From an uncultured Chromatiales bacterium (GTDB lineage: Bacteria > Pseudomonadota > Gammaproteobacteria > CBFCYW01): 64,000 nt of DNA. Of this stretch, positions 51,360 to 64,000 are shown in pieces. The notes beneath the pieces were generated by a model. It did no database searches, had not been told where the DNA came from, and worked only from the letters and a program-made list of their open reading frames with translations. Positions within the stretch are counted from its first letter, which is position 1. Every line of letters starts with the position of its first letter. The translations under genes and the position numbers were made by a program. The DNA lies in NCBI GenBank assembly GCA_965602395.1, contig CBFCYW010000004.1, forward strand, positions 5,643 to 69,642. Reading direction: 5' to 3'.

Positions 51360-52817
51360 TCAGCTATCCACGCCGGCCATCGCCAGGTATTTGATTTCGA
51401 GGTAGTCCTCGATGCCGTATTTGGAGCCCTCGCGCCCCATGCCCGACTGCTTGACGCCGCCGAAGGGCGCCACCTCGGTGGAGATGATGCCGGTGTTGAG
51501 CCCGACCATGCCGAAATCCAGCGCTTCGGAGACGCGCCACACGCGGCCGATATCGCGGGTGTAAACGTAGGAGGCGAGGCCGTACTCGACGTCGTTGGCG
51601 GCGGCGATGACCTCTTCCTCGGTCTCGAAGCGGATCAGCGGCGCCACCGGGCCGAAGGTCTCCTCGCGGGTGATCAGCATCTCGGCGCTGACGTCGCCGA
51701 GCACGGTCGGGCTGAAGAAGTTGCCGCCCAGCTCGTGGGGGCCGCCACCGAGCAGCACCGTCGCGCCCCTGGCCTGGGCGTCGGCGACGTGCTCGGCGGC
51801 CTTCTCCACCGCTTTGCCATCGATCAGCGGCCCCTGATTGACACCATCCTCCAGCCCGTGACCGACCTTCATTTCGCGCACCGCGGCGACGAATTTCTCG
51901 GCGAAGGCATCGTAGATCCCGGCCTGCACGTAGAAGCGGTTGGCGCAGACGCAGGTCTGCCCGGAGGCGCGATACTTGCTCGCCAGCGCGCCCTGCACCG
52001 CGGCGTCCAGATCGGCGTCGTCGAAAACGATGAACGGCGCGTGGCCGCCCAGCTCCATGGAGACCTTCTTCACCGTGTCGGCGCACTCGCGCAGCAGCAG
52101 CTTGCCGACCTCGGTGGAGCCGGTGAAGGTCAGCTTGCGCACCACTGCGCTGCGCGTCAGCTCGCCGCCGATGGCGCTGGCGCTGCCGGTGACCACGTTG
52201 AACACCCCGGCCGGCACCCCGGCGCGGTGTGCCAGCTCGGCCAGCGCCAGCGCCGAAAAGGGCGTCACCCCGGCGGGTTTGAGGATCATCGTGCAGCCGG
52301 CGGCCAGCGCCGGCGCGGCCTTGCGGGTGATCATCGCGTTGGGGAAATTCCACGGCGTGATCGCCGCGCAGACGCCCACCGGCTGCTTGATGGTGACGAT
52401 CCGCCGGTCATTGGACGGCGTGGCGATGGTGTCGCCGCAGACCCGCTTGCCCTCTTCGGCGAACCACTCGACGAAGCTTGCGCCGTAGAGGATCTCGCCG
52501 CGCGCTTCGGCCAGCGGCTTGCCCATTTCGGTGGTCAGGATCATCGCCAGATCATCGGCGTGCTCGATCATCAGATCGTGCCAGCGGCGCAGCACTGCAC
52601 TGCGCTCCTTGGCGGTCTTCGCCCGCCAGGCGGGCAGCGCGGCCTCGGCCGAGCCGATCGCGCGGCGGGTCTCGTCGGCGCCCATCATCGGCACGGTGCC
52701 CAGATCGGTGCCATCGGCCGGGTCGCTGATGGCGATGGTGGCGCCGTCGTCGGCGTCCAGCCACTCGCCATCGATGTACGCCAGGTGGCGCAGCAGGGCG
52801 GGGTCTTTGAGTTTCAC
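51360..52817 (-). CDS. gabD: succinate-semialdehyde dehydrogenase, NAD(P)+-dependent
   Basis: 485 aa; ALDH motifs VSMELGGHAP, catalytic Cys region GQTCVCANRF; N-terminus and length match GabD/SSADH. Confidence 0.85.
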   Translation of the reverse strand: MKLKDPALLRHLAYIDGEWLDADDGATIAISDPADGTDLGTVPMMGADETRRAIGSAEAALPAWRAKTAKERSAVLRRWHDLMIEHADDLAMILTTEMGKPLAEARGEILYGASFVEWFAEEGKRVCGDTIATPSNDRRIVTIKQPVGVCAAITPWNFPNAMITRKAAPALAAGCTMILKPAGVTPFSALALAELAHRAGVPAGVFNVVTGSASAIGGELTRSAVVRKLTFTGSTEVGKLLLRECADTVKKVSMELGGHAPFIVFDDADLDAAVQGALASKYRASGQTCVCANRFYVQAGIYDAFAEKFVAAVREMKVGHGLEDGVNQGPLIDGKAVEKAAEHVADAQARGATVLLGGGPHELGGNFFSPTVLGDVSAEMLITREETFGPVAPLIRFETEEEVIAAANDVEYGLASYVYTRDIGRVWRVSEALDFGMVGLNTGIISTEVAPFGGVKQSGMGREGSKYGIEDYLEIKYLAMAGVDS

Positions 52818-53003
52818 TGATCATCCCTCCATCGGCTGTTCGGCGGCGCCGCTAACGGCGCCGGCAAAAGGCGCACTCTATGCCCGCGCCCGGCGCGCCG
52901 CAATCGCCGGCACCGGGCCAGCGGCGAGCCGTCGGCTGGGCCAGTCGCAGCATTCGCCAACGCTGACTGACGGGGTGATCGGCGGGGCGATAGCGGCTTT
53001 GCG

Positions 53004-54668
53004 CTAGTCGGCGCGGCGCACCCGCAGGCGCTGGATCAGGCTCGCGGTGGAGCCATCGCGCTGCTCGCCCGGCTCGCCGCGATACAGCGCCGGCAGCAAC
53101 TCGTCGGCGAGCTGCTTGCCCAGTTCCACGCCCCACTGGTCGAAAGGGTTGATCTCCCAGATCACCGACTGCACGAAAACCTTGTGTTCGTACATCGCCA
53201 GCAACGCGCCGAGACCGGCCGGGTCGAGGCGCTCGAGGACGATGGCATTGCTCGGCCGCTCGCCCGGCATCTGCCGGTAGCCGGGCAGTGGCTGGCCATC
53301 GGCGTCGCGCTGGCGACCGCGCAGCAGCGCCTCGCTCTGGGCGATGAAATTGGCCGCCAGCAGCGGCTGGTAGCGATAGTCGCTCTCGCTGCCGGGATTG
53401 GCGCCGGGGTGGTTGCCGGAAATGGCCCCGGCCCGCTCGCCGGCGATGATCAGATCCGAAGGCAGCAGGTGGCTGCCCTGGTGGATCAGCTGGTAGTAGG
53501 CGTGCTGGGCGTTGCAGCCGGGGCCGCCCCAGACGGTCGGCGCGGTGGGGTAGTCGAGCGGCGCACCGCAGCGATCCACCGACTTGCCGTTGCTCTCCAT
53601 CTCCAGCTGTTGCAGGTAGCTCGGCAGGTGGCGCAGGGCGTAGTTGTAGGGCAGCAGCAGGTGCTGGCGGGCGCCGAGAAAATTGTTGTACCAGACCCCG
53701 AGCAGGCCCAGCAGCACCGGCAGATTGGCCGCCAGCGGCGCCTCGCGGAAGTGCCGGTCCATGGCGTCGGCACCATCGAGCAGCGCATCGAAGTGGTCGA
53801 TGCCGAGGTAGAAGGCCAGCGGCAGGCCGATCGCCGACCACAGCGAGTAGCGCCCGCCGACCCAATCCCAGAACTCGAAGACCTTGTCCTCTTCGATACC
53901 AAAGCTGCGGGCCAGATCGGCGCGCGCGGTGACGGCGATAAAGTGCCGCGACAGATCGGCGTCGTCGGCGTCCATCCGGGCCAGAAACCACTCCCGCGCG
54001 GCGCGCGCATTGTGCATCGTCTCGGCGGTGGTGAAGCTCTTCGAAGCGACGATGAACAGGGTGTTCTGCGGCTCGATGACGTCGAACACGCTGGCCAGGT
54101 GGCCGAGGTCGATGTTGGAGACAAAGTGCACCCGCAGGCGCTGGTCGGCGTAGGGATAGAGCGCCGCGCAGGCCATCAGCGGGCCGAGATCCGAGCCGCC
54201 GACGCCGATGTTGACGATGTCGCGGATCGGCTCGCCGCTGCAGCCGCGGAAGGCGCCGCTGCGCACCGCGTTGACCAGAAAACGCATGCGCCGCTGCACG
54301 CTGCGGATCTCCGCGATCACATCCTCGCCGTCGACCAGCAGCGGCGTATCGGCGCGCTGGCGCAGTGCGGTGTGCAGCGCCGGGCGGTTCTCGCTGGGGT
54401 TGACGATGCGGCCGCTGAACAGCGCCTCGCGCCAGCCTTCGACATCCTGCTGGCGGGCCAGCGCCAGCAGCAGCTGCAGCGTCCGGGTGCAGATCAGATT
54501 TTTGGCATAGTCGAGGTGGATGCCGGCGGCGCTGGCGCAAAAGCGCTCGGCGCGCTGCGGATCGGCGGCGAACAGCTCGCGCAGTCCGCGGCCACCCCGC
54601 TCGACGGCATCTCGGCTGGCGTGCTCACGCAGCGCCCGCCAAGCCGGGCTGCGGGTCAGCCCGGCCAT
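53004..54668 (-). CDS. pgi: glucose-6-phosphate isomerase
   Basis: 554 aa; DIVNIGVGGSDLGP, GGRYSLWSAIGL, MESNGKSVD signature segments. Confidence 0.93.
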   Translation of the reverse strand: MAGLTRSPAWRALREHASRDAVERGGRGLRELFAADPQRAERFCASAAGIHLDYAKNLICTRTLQLLLALARQQDVEGWREALFSGRIVNPSENRPALHTALRQRADTPLLVDGEDVIAEIRSVQRRMRFLVNAVRSGAFRGCSGEPIRDIVNIGVGGSDLGPLMACAALYPYADQRLRVHFVSNIDLGHLASVFDVIEPQNTLFIVASKSFTTAETMHNARAAREWFLARMDADDADLSRHFIAVTARADLARSFGIEEDKVFEFWDWVGGRYSLWSAIGLPLAFYLGIDHFDALLDGADAMDRHFREAPLAANLPVLLGLLGVWYNNFLGARQHLLLPYNYALRHLPSYLQQLEMESNGKSVDRCGAPLDYPTAPTVWGGPGCNAQHAYYQLIHQGSHLLPSDLIIAGERAGAISGNHPGANPGSESDYRYQPLLAANFIAQSEALLRGRQRDADGQPLPGYRQMPGERPSNAIVLERLDPAGLGALLAMYEHKVFVQSVIWEINPFDQWGVELGKQLADELLPALYRGEPGEQRDGSTASLIQRLRVRRAD

Positions 54669-54694
54669 GTCGGCGGGTGGTGCACGGCGGGCGC

Positions 54695-55600
54695 TCAGCA
54701 GGCCTGGGTGTGCACCGCGGCGCGGCCGGCGGCGAGATCGGCGAGACGCCGGCGTACTTGTAGATTGTCGATCAGCCGGGCGCGACCCAGCTGCGCGGCG
54801 GCCAGCACCAGCAGATCCTCGGCGGCATCATCGACGTGCGGCGTCTGCAGATCGGCGAGCCGGCGCACGGCGATGTATTCGCTGACGAAGCCCTCGCGGT
54901 TGAGCGCCGCGGCGGCGTCGCGTTCGAGCAGCAGAAAATTGCGCTCGCCGTCGAGCAGGTGGTCGATCAAGCGGCACAGCTCGCGGTAGATGGCGCCGCC
55001 GCGCTGGCGCTCCTCGGCGCTGAGATAATTGTTGCGCGAACTCATCGCCAGACCGTTGGCCTCGCGCGCGGTGGGCGCGCCGACGATCTCCACCGGCAGG
55101 TCGAGATCGGCGGTCATGCGCTCGATCAGCAGCAGCTGCTGGTAGTCCTTTTCGCCGAATACCGCCAGATCCGGCTGCACCAGATTGAACAGTTTGGTGA
55201 CCACCGTGGCGACGCCGGTGAAGTGGCCGGGGCGGTGCTCGCCCTCCAGCGTCTCGCTGACGCCGGGCACTTCGACGCGCGTCGCCAGCTCCATGCCGTT
55301 GGGGTAGACCGCCTCGGCGGCCGGGGCGAAGAGCAGATCGACCTGCATGCTTTCGAGCTGCGCGGCGTCCTCTTCAAAGGTGCGCGGGTAGCGGCCGTAA
55401 TCGTCGGCGCAGTTGAATTGCATGGGGTTGACGAAAATGCTGGCGACCACGCGATCACCGCGGCGGCGCGCCTGCTCGACCAGCGACAGGTGGCCATCGT
55501 GCAGATTGCCCATGGTGGGCACGAAGGCGATGCGCTGCCCGGCGCGTCGCCAGCCGCCGATGGCGGCGCGCAGTGCGGGGATGTCGGCGACGATCTGCAT
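54695..55600 (-). CDS. panC: pantoate--beta-alanine ligase
   Basis: FVPTMGNLHDGHLSLV (HIGH-like), FVNPMQF, GEKDYQQL, AMSSRN motifs. Confidence 0.9.
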   Translation of the reverse strand: MQIVADIPALRAAIGGWRRAGQRIAFVPTMGNLHDGHLSLVEQARRRGDRVVASIFVNPMQFNCADDYGRYPRTFEEDAAQLESMQVDLLFAPAAEAVYPNGMELATRVEVPGVSETLEGEHRPGHFTGVATVVTKLFNLVQPDLAVFGEKDYQQLLLIERMTADLDLPVEIVGAPTAREANGLAMSSRNNYLSAEERQRGGAIYRELCRLIDHLLDGERNFLLLERDAAAALNREGFVSEYIAVRRLADLQTPHVDDAAEDLLVLAAAQLGRARLIDNLQVRRRLADLAAGRAAVHTQAC

Positions 55601-55679
55601 CGGTGCGATTCCTTATTGTGTGGCGCGATTATCTGGCGCGATTGGCCGGCGCGGCGCCGGCAATCGGCGCGGCTGACGT

Positions 55680-56498
55680 TTATTCAAAGGCGTGGGCAGC
55701 GGTGGGGAAGCGCCGCTCGCGCACCTCGCGCACATACTCGCCGATCGCGCGGTGAATGCTGCCGGTGTCGGCGATGTAGTTTTTGGAGAAACGCGTGCGC
55801 TTGCCCGGGGCGATATCGAGAATGTCGTAGAGCACGAGAATCTGGCCGTCGACGTCGCCGCCGGCGCCGATGCCGATCACCGGCACGCTGGCGTTGGCGG
55901 CGATCTCGCGGGCCAGTAGCGCGGGCACGCACTCCAGCAGCAGCAGATCCGCGCCCGCCTGCTCCAGCGCGCCGGCGTCTTCGAGCATCTTCACCGCGGT
56001 GTGGTTGTCGCGGCCCTGCACGCGATAGCCGCCGAGCTTGTGCACCGATTGCGGAGTCAAACCCAGGTGCGCGCAGACCGGGATGCCGCACTCGGTCAGG
56101 CGGCGCACCATGTCCAGCTGTAGCGCGCCCCATTCCAGCTTGACCATCTGCGCGCCACCCTCTTTCATCAGTCGGGTGGCATTGCGCAGCGCATCGTCGG
56201 CGGTGGCGTAGCTCATGAAGGGCATGTCGACCATCAGCAGCGCGCGGTCGAGGCCGCGGGCGACCATCTGGCTGTGGTAGATGATCTCATCCATGGTCAC
56301 CGGGATGGTGGTCTGGCGGCCCTGCACCACCATGCCCAGCGAATCGCCGACCAGCACCACGTCCACGCCTTCGCCGTCGAGCGCCGCGGCAAAGGCCGCG
56401 TCATAGGCGGTCAGGCAGGCGATGGGCTCACCGGCTTGCTTCATCTTCTTCAGGCTGGAGACGGTCACCGCCCCACGGTTTTCACTCTGCGCGCTCAT
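55680..56498 (-). CDS. panB: 3-methyl-2-oxobutanoate hydroxymethyltransferase
   Basis: Start MSAQSENRGAVTVSSLKKMKQAGEPIACLTAYDA; LVGDSLGMV...VKLEGG.. pattern of KPHMT. Confidence 0.9.
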   Translation of the reverse strand: MSAQSENRGAVTVSSLKKMKQAGEPIACLTAYDAAFAAALDGEGVDVVLVGDSLGMVVQGRQTTIPVTMDEIIYHSQMVARGLDRALLMVDMPFMSYATADDALRNATRLMKEGGAQMVKLEWGALQLDMVRRLTECGIPVCAHLGLTPQSVHKLGGYRVQGRDNHTAVKMLEDAGALEQAGADLLLLECVPALLAREIAANASVPVIGIGAGGDVDGQILVLYDILDIAPGKRTRFSKNYIADTGSIHRAIGEYVREVRERRFPTAAHAFE

Positions 56499-56666
56499 CT
56501 CGCACCCCGTGACACAGACCCATGGGGCGGCGCACCAACAGCGCGCCACCGGGCCGGGGCGACAAGATTAGCCGCGCCGATGCTGCAACGCAACAAGGCG
56601 GGGCGAGGGGGAGGCCTGCGCCGCTGGGGGGGGCGCAGTGGTTACGAGCAGCGGCGCTGCGCGGCT

Positions 56667-56978
56667 TCAGTCGCGCAGCAGAAAGCGCAGCGAATGGCGA
56701 CCGACGTCGATCTCGTCGCCGTCGTTGAGGGGCTTGCGGCGCACCGGCGCGCCATTGAGCAGCGTGCCGTTGGTACTGCCCAGATCCTGCAGGTAGAAGG
56801 TCAATCGGCCATCGTCGAGAGCCATTGCTTCAAGCACCGCGTGCTTGCCGCTGACGGTAGTGTCGGTGAGGCGGATATCGGCGCGCTCGGTGCGGCCGAT
56901 CAACAGGCGCCCCGCTTCTAGCGGAAAGCGCTCGATTTCCTCGCCGCCGGCGAGCAACACCACATTTGCCATCATCAT
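56667..56978 (-). CDS. standalone FHA-domain protein (~100 aa)
   Basis: LLIGRTERADIRLTDTTVSGKHAVLE...GSTNGTLLNGAPV is a canonical FHA core (GR...S.xH...GSTNGT.LNG). Confidence 0.7.
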   Translation of the reverse strand: MMMANVVLLAGGEEIERFPLEAGRLLIGRTERADIRLTDTTVSGKHAVLEAMALDDGRLTFYLQDLGSTNGTLLNGAPVRRKPLNDGDEIDVGRHSLRFLLRD

Positions 56979-57243
56979 GTCTCCGTATTCCTACCGTGTG
57001 GCGACCAGAATCAAACGCCGCGATGCTAGCCACAAGCGGTGCGTAACGCCACCGAACGCGCTGCAGTTAACTGCTTGGCAAGCATCTTCAAGTGCTTGAT
57101 TTGACATTCCGTGCATCAATTGTCGGCGCTACGCGGGCAAGCTTTAGACAAGCTTTCGACCGACGCCCCACTATAGCCGACGAAGCGCATACATCCCCAC
57201 CGGCTAGTGGCTGTCGCCACCGCCAGCGGTGACAATCCGCGCC

Positions 57244-58428
57244 ATGCAATACCTCAAACGCAACGTCCCGCTGCTCGCCCTCTGCCAGGCGCTGATGATG
57301 AGTGCCAACTCGCTGATGGTCACCAGCGCCGCGCTGGTGGGCTTCGCCCTGGCTGACGACAAGTCACTGGCTACTCTACCACTGGCGGCACAGTTTCTGG
57401 CCACCATGCTGGCCAGCGCGCCGGCCTCGCTGCTGATGGGGCGCTTCGGCCGCAAGCCGGTGTTTCTGGCCGCCACGCTGGTCGGGCTGGCCGGTGCGCT
57501 GCTGGCCACCTGGGCGATAGTCCACGGCAGTTTCTGGCTGTTCTGCGCGGCCGCGGCGCTCACCGGCGCCTTCAACGGCTTCGGCAATTACTACCGCTTC
57601 GCCGCCGCCGAGGTGGTGCCGGTCGAGCGCCGCGCGCGCGCCATCTCGGCGGTGATGGCCGGCGGGGTGATCGCCGCGCTGGTCGGGCCGAACCTGGCCA
57701 ACTGGGCGCAGGATCTGATCGGCGATGCACGCTTCGCCGGTGGCTTCGCCGCGGTCGCCGGGCTGCAGTTGATCGCCGCCGCGGCGCTGGCCGCCACCCG
57801 GCTGGCGAAGCCGGTCGTAAAGGCCGCCAGCGGCGAGGCACGGCCGCTGCTGCAGATCGCCGCGCAGGGCAGATTCATCGTCGCCGTGCTCTGTGCGATG
57901 CTCGGCTACGGGGTGATGTCGCTGGTGATGACCGCCACTCCACTGGCCATGCAGCAGCACCAGCACCCCTTCGGCGACACCGCCTTTGTCATCCAGTGGC
58001 ACGTGCTCGGCATGTTCGCGCCATCGTTTTTCACCGGCCGGCTGATCGAGCGCTTCGGCGTCGATAACGTGCTACTGGTCGGCGCTCTGCTGGCCGCCGC
58101 CTGCCTGGGCATCAACCTCTACGGCCAGCAGTTGTGGCACTTCTGGAGCGCGCTGCTGGCGCTGGGGGTGAGCTGGAACTTCCTGTTCATCGGCGGCACC
58201 GCGCTGGTCACCGAATGCCACAGCGCCGCCGAACGCCCCAAGGTGCAGGGACTCAACGACACGCTGGTCTTCACCACCGTGACCCTGGCGGCGCTGTCCG
58301 CCGGCGCGCTGCAGCACAGCTTCGGCTGGCAGGCGGTCAATCAGGGAGTGATCGCGCCGGTGGTGCTGATGCTGCTGGCGGTGATCTGGCTGAAGCTGCA
58401 GCCGCGCACGGCGGCGGTCTCCGGGTAG
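57244..58428 (+). CDS. MFS transporter
   Basis: 12 predicted TM segments; MFS signature between TM2-3 (MGRFGRKPVF); start chosen at MQYLKRNVPLLALCQ. Confidence 0.75.
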   Translation: MQYLKRNVPLLALCQALMMSANSLMVTSAALVGFALADDKSLATLPLAAQFLATMLASAPASLLMGRFGRKPVFLAATLVGLAGALLATWAIVHGSFWLFCAAAALTGAFNGFGNYYRFAAAEVVPVERRARAISAVMAGGVIAALVGPNLANWAQDLIGDARFAGGFAAVAGLQLIAAAALAATRLAKPVVKAASGEARPLLQIAAQGRFIVAVLCAMLGYGVMSLVMTATPLAMQQHQHPFGDTAFVIQWHVLGMFAPSFFTGRLIERFGVDNVLLVGALLAAACLGINLYGQQLWHFWSALLALGVSWNFLFIGGTALVTECHSAAERPKVQGLNDTLVFTTVTLAALSAGALQHSFGWQAVNQGVIAPVVLMLLAVIWLKLQPRTAAVSG

Positions 58429-58440
58429 ATCGCCACGGCC

Positions 58441-58480
58441 AAACGCAGCGGGGCCGGCAAATGCCGGCCCCGCTGCGTTT
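58441..58480. terminator. bidirectional terminator hairpin between convergent MFS transporter and creatinase genes
   Basis: Perfect 18-bp inverted repeat AAACGCAGCGGGGCCGGC-AAAT-GCCGGCCCCGCTGCGTTT with A-run and T-run ends. Confidence 0.6.
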
Positions 58481-58502
58481 GCTGCGCCTGTCACCAGCAG
58501 AC

Positions 58503-59705
58503 TCACTTTTTGACGATATTGTGCTCCGGCCCGTAGGGGAATCCGGTGATGTTCTCGGCGCCGTCCGCGCCGACCACGAGGATATCGTGCTCGCGATAAC
58601 CGCCGGCGCCGGGCATGCCTTCGGGCAGCATGATCATCGGCTCCATCGATACCACCATGCCCGGCTCGAGCACCGTTTCGATGTCTTCGCGCAGCTCCAG
58701 CCCGGCCTCGCGGCCGTAGTAGTGGCTGAGGGTGCCGAAGCTGTGGCCATAGCCGAAGGTGCGGTACTGGAACAGATCGTACCGGTGGTAGATCTCGTTC
58801 AGCTCGGCGGCGATGTCGCAGCAGCGCGCGCCGGGCTTGATCAGCGCGATGCCCGCCTCGTGCACTTCCACATTGATATTCCACAGGCGCAGGTGCTCGT
58901 CGGAGCACTCCTCGGCAAACAGGGTGCGCTCCAGCGCGGTGTAGTAGCCGGCCGGCATCGGGAAGCAGTTCAGGCTGAGGATGTCGCCGCGCTCGATGCG
59001 GCGGCTGGTGACCGGGTTGTGCGCACCGTCGGTGTTGATGCCGGACTGAAACCAGGTCCAGGTATCCATCAGCTCGACGTGCGGGTTGTGCTCGCCGATC
59101 TCGCGCACCATCGCCTGAGTGGCGTGCAGCGCCACTTCGTACTCGGGCACGCCGACGGCGATCGCCTCGACGCAGGCCGCGCCGCCGACATCGGCGATCC
59201 GCGCGCTCTCTTTGATCCAGGCGATCTCCTCGGCGGATTTCACCATCCGCATGCGCATGGTCGGCTTGCCGGCATCGACGAACTCGCTGGTCGGCAGCGC
59301 GCCCTGCAGCTTGCGCAGGTTTTCCAGATTGATGTGGTCGTACTCGATGCCGACGCGCATGCCGTCGCGGATCAGCCGCTTCACCGCGACAAAGTAATTG
59401 TCGCGGTGCCAGTCGGTGTAGATGACGTTATCGCCGAAGGTCCGCCGCCACGGCTGGCCGCCGTCGATGTTGGCCGAGATCGTGGTGCTGGCATCCTGGG
59501 TCACCACCAGGCCGTAGCTGCGGCCGAAGCTGCAGTAGAGGAAATCGCTGTAGTAATTGATGTTGTGGTACGAGGTGAACAGGCAGGCATCGACCCCGGC
59601 GTCGGCCATCCAGCCGCGCAGATCGTCCAGCCGGCGCTGCATCTCGGCGGCGGAGAAAGTGCCTTTGACCTTGTCACCATTGCGAATGAATTTGAGCTGT
59701 TCCAC
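58503..59705 (-). CDS. creatinase (creatine amidinohydrolase; M24 pita-bread fold)
   Basis: 400 aa; near-colinear with Pseudomonas putida creatinase as recalled (FTSYHNINYYSDFLYCSFGR, ISANIDGGQPWRRT, GINTDGAHNPVT, GHSFGTLSHYYGREAGLELRED, MVVSMEPMIMLPEG). Confidence 0.8.
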   Translation of the reverse strand: MEQLKFIRNGDKVKGTFSAAEMQRRLDDLRGWMADAGVDACLFTSYHNINYYSDFLYCSFGRSYGLVVTQDASTTISANIDGGQPWRRTFGDNVIYTDWHRDNYFVAVKRLIRDGMRVGIEYDHINLENLRKLQGALPTSEFVDAGKPTMRMRMVKSAEEIAWIKESARIADVGGAACVEAIAVGVPEYEVALHATQAMVREIGEHNPHVELMDTWTWFQSGINTDGAHNPVTSRRIERGDILSLNCFPMPAGYYTALERTLFAEECSDEHLRLWNINVEVHEAGIALIKPGARCCDIAAELNEIYHRYDLFQYRTFGYGHSFGTLSHYYGREAGLELREDIETVLEPGMVVSMEPMIMLPEGMPGAGGYREHDILVVGADGAENITGFPYGPEHNIVKK

Positions 59706-59946
59706 CTGTGCTTCTCCACTGTGCCCGGCAGCCGCGCTGCCCGGGGAGGTTGCTGTCGATCTGTGTTGCCGCCGCGGCCCGGGCCGCCGGCGAGCCGGGC
59801 GGATGCTAGGCGCAGCCTTCCGCGGCGCTTTATCCAGCCGCGACGCGACAGCGCTTTACGGCTCGCCGGAGCGCGGAGAAAAACCCAAACAAGCCATTTA
59901 AAAACAACGGGATAGCGCTTGCCGGATCGCGTCAGCGAGAGGCTCG

Positions 59947-63276
<3,330 letters not shown>

Positions 63277-63420
63277 CGTCTGTCCACGGCTTTTCTCGGC
63301 GGCCTCCCGGCTTGGCACCGCGGCGGGCGCAGTCAGGCAGTTAGTCCACATCCGCGGTATCGAGTTGCCCTGCCAGCGCCGCCCTCGCCCACGCCAAGCG
63401 ACTGTCCGCCGCCACCAGTG

Positions 63421-63437
63421 GCCACGGATTCCGTGGC
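63421..63437. promoter_or_regulatory. inverted repeat GCCACGGA-T-TCCGTGGC, candidate upstream activator sequence
   Basis: 8-bp perfect arms around one central nucleotide, about 130 bp upstream of the sigma-54 promoter and next to the divergently transcribed activator gene. Confidence 0.35.
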
Positions 63438-63554
63438 TACTCGCGGTGGGCAGTGGCAGGAGCCGCCGGCAGCGCTTTTCGTATTATTTTTACAACACTT
63501 TCATATCATTGAATAAAAAGAGATTTTTTATTTTTTTGTCGATCAGTCGAGCCA

Positions 63555-63569
63555 TGGAACGAATTTTGC
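63555..63569 (+). promoter_or_regulatory. sigma-54 (-24/-12) promoter for the downstream porin gene
   Basis: TGGAAC-GAATT-TTGC has correct GG-N10-GC spacing (consensus TGGCAC-N5-TTGC, one mismatch). A 60-bp AT-rich tract (possible IHF bend) lies just upstream. The ATG at 63676 is 107 nt downstream. Confidence 0.5.
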
Positions 63570-63675
63570 GCCACAGCGATTGCGCCAATAGCAACAGGGC
63601 GTCGCACGGTGCCGGAGAAGCGCCGCCGCGACGACCGGCGCTGACATTCACCATCCACTGATCGAGGATCACGAC

Positions 63676-64000
63676 ATGCAAAATCGCAATTCAGCAACGC
63701 TGGCCCGCGCCGTGCGCAACGCCCTGCTCGGCTCCGGCAGCGCCCTCGCGCTGCTCGCCGCCAGCGCCCCGGCGCAAGCGCTCGACGTCGAGGTCGGCGG
63801 CTATATCAAGGCCGATTTCATCTACGATTTCGACCAGGATCTGGGCGACACCCTGTCCGCCTCCAGCGTCGCCACCGGCGATACCGAATCCGACCCCAGC
63901 TTCCGCGCCCACGCCAAGCAGACCCGCTTCAACCTCAGCGCCAGCAACGATGACTACAGCATCAGGTTCGAGGCCGATCTGTTCACCGGTGACGGCAACG
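63676..64000 (+). CDS. outer-membrane porin-like protein, N-terminal part (continues past window end)
   Basis: MQNRNSATLARAVRNALLGSGSALALLAASAPAQA signal peptide, then LDVEVGGYIKADFIYDFDQDLGD beta-strand-like alternating pattern typical of porins. Confidence 0.45.
   Translation, partial: MQNRNSATLARAVRNALLGSGSALALLAASAPAQALDVEVGGYIKADFIYDFDQDLGDTLSASSVATGDTESDPSFRAHAKQTRFNLSASNDDYSIRFEADLFTGDGN

Overview
High-GC (~67-70%) gammaproteobacterial chromosomal segment, dominated by conserved housekeeping blocks; reading both strands gave the following.

**Conserved blocks**
- A partial family-5 ABC substrate-binding-protein gene runs off the window start, followed by fabI.
- The tig-clpP-clpX-lon-hupB-ppiD block carries a tRNA(Val)-tRNA(Asp) pair immediately downstream of hupB and a five-tRNA array (Pro-Arg-His-Lys-Leu) upstream of tig.
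- A GlxA-type DJ-1/AraC regulator converges on cysS, which is followed by ppiA-ppiB-lpxH and argE.
- Two tandem monoheme cytochrome c genes, htpG, a large Ala/Arg/Leu-rich periplasmic hypothetical, and the rpsP-rimM-trmD-rplS operon come next.
- A complete ccmABCDEFGHI cytochrome c maturation operon sits between rpsP and ffh, followed by ypjD and an MBL-fold hydrolase.

**Accessory region (~36-45 kb)**
- Orphan Tat-secreted substrate-binding protein, small secreted hypothetical, C-N hydrolase and YbaK deacylase.
- A translationally coupled five-gene operon (Ldh_2 oxidoreductase, two different ATP-grasp ligases, RraA-like protein, TauD/CAS-like Fe/2OG oxygenase), divergent from avtA. This is the best candidate for an undescribed small-molecule (amino-acid-derived) pathway in the window.

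**Remainder**
- rapA, xthA, an AraC-MGMT (Ada-like) fusion, gabD, pgi, panC, panB, a standalone FHA protein and an MFS transporter.
- Creatinase and a very large sigma-54 enhancer-binding protein, divergent from a porin gene that carries a good sigma-54 promoter and an upstream palindrome.

**Limits**
- No CRISPR arrays, IS elements or phage genes were seen.
- All calls are from manual translation and pattern recognition only; no database searches were run.
- Many long antisense ORFs in the six-frame track are high-GC artefacts and were rejected.
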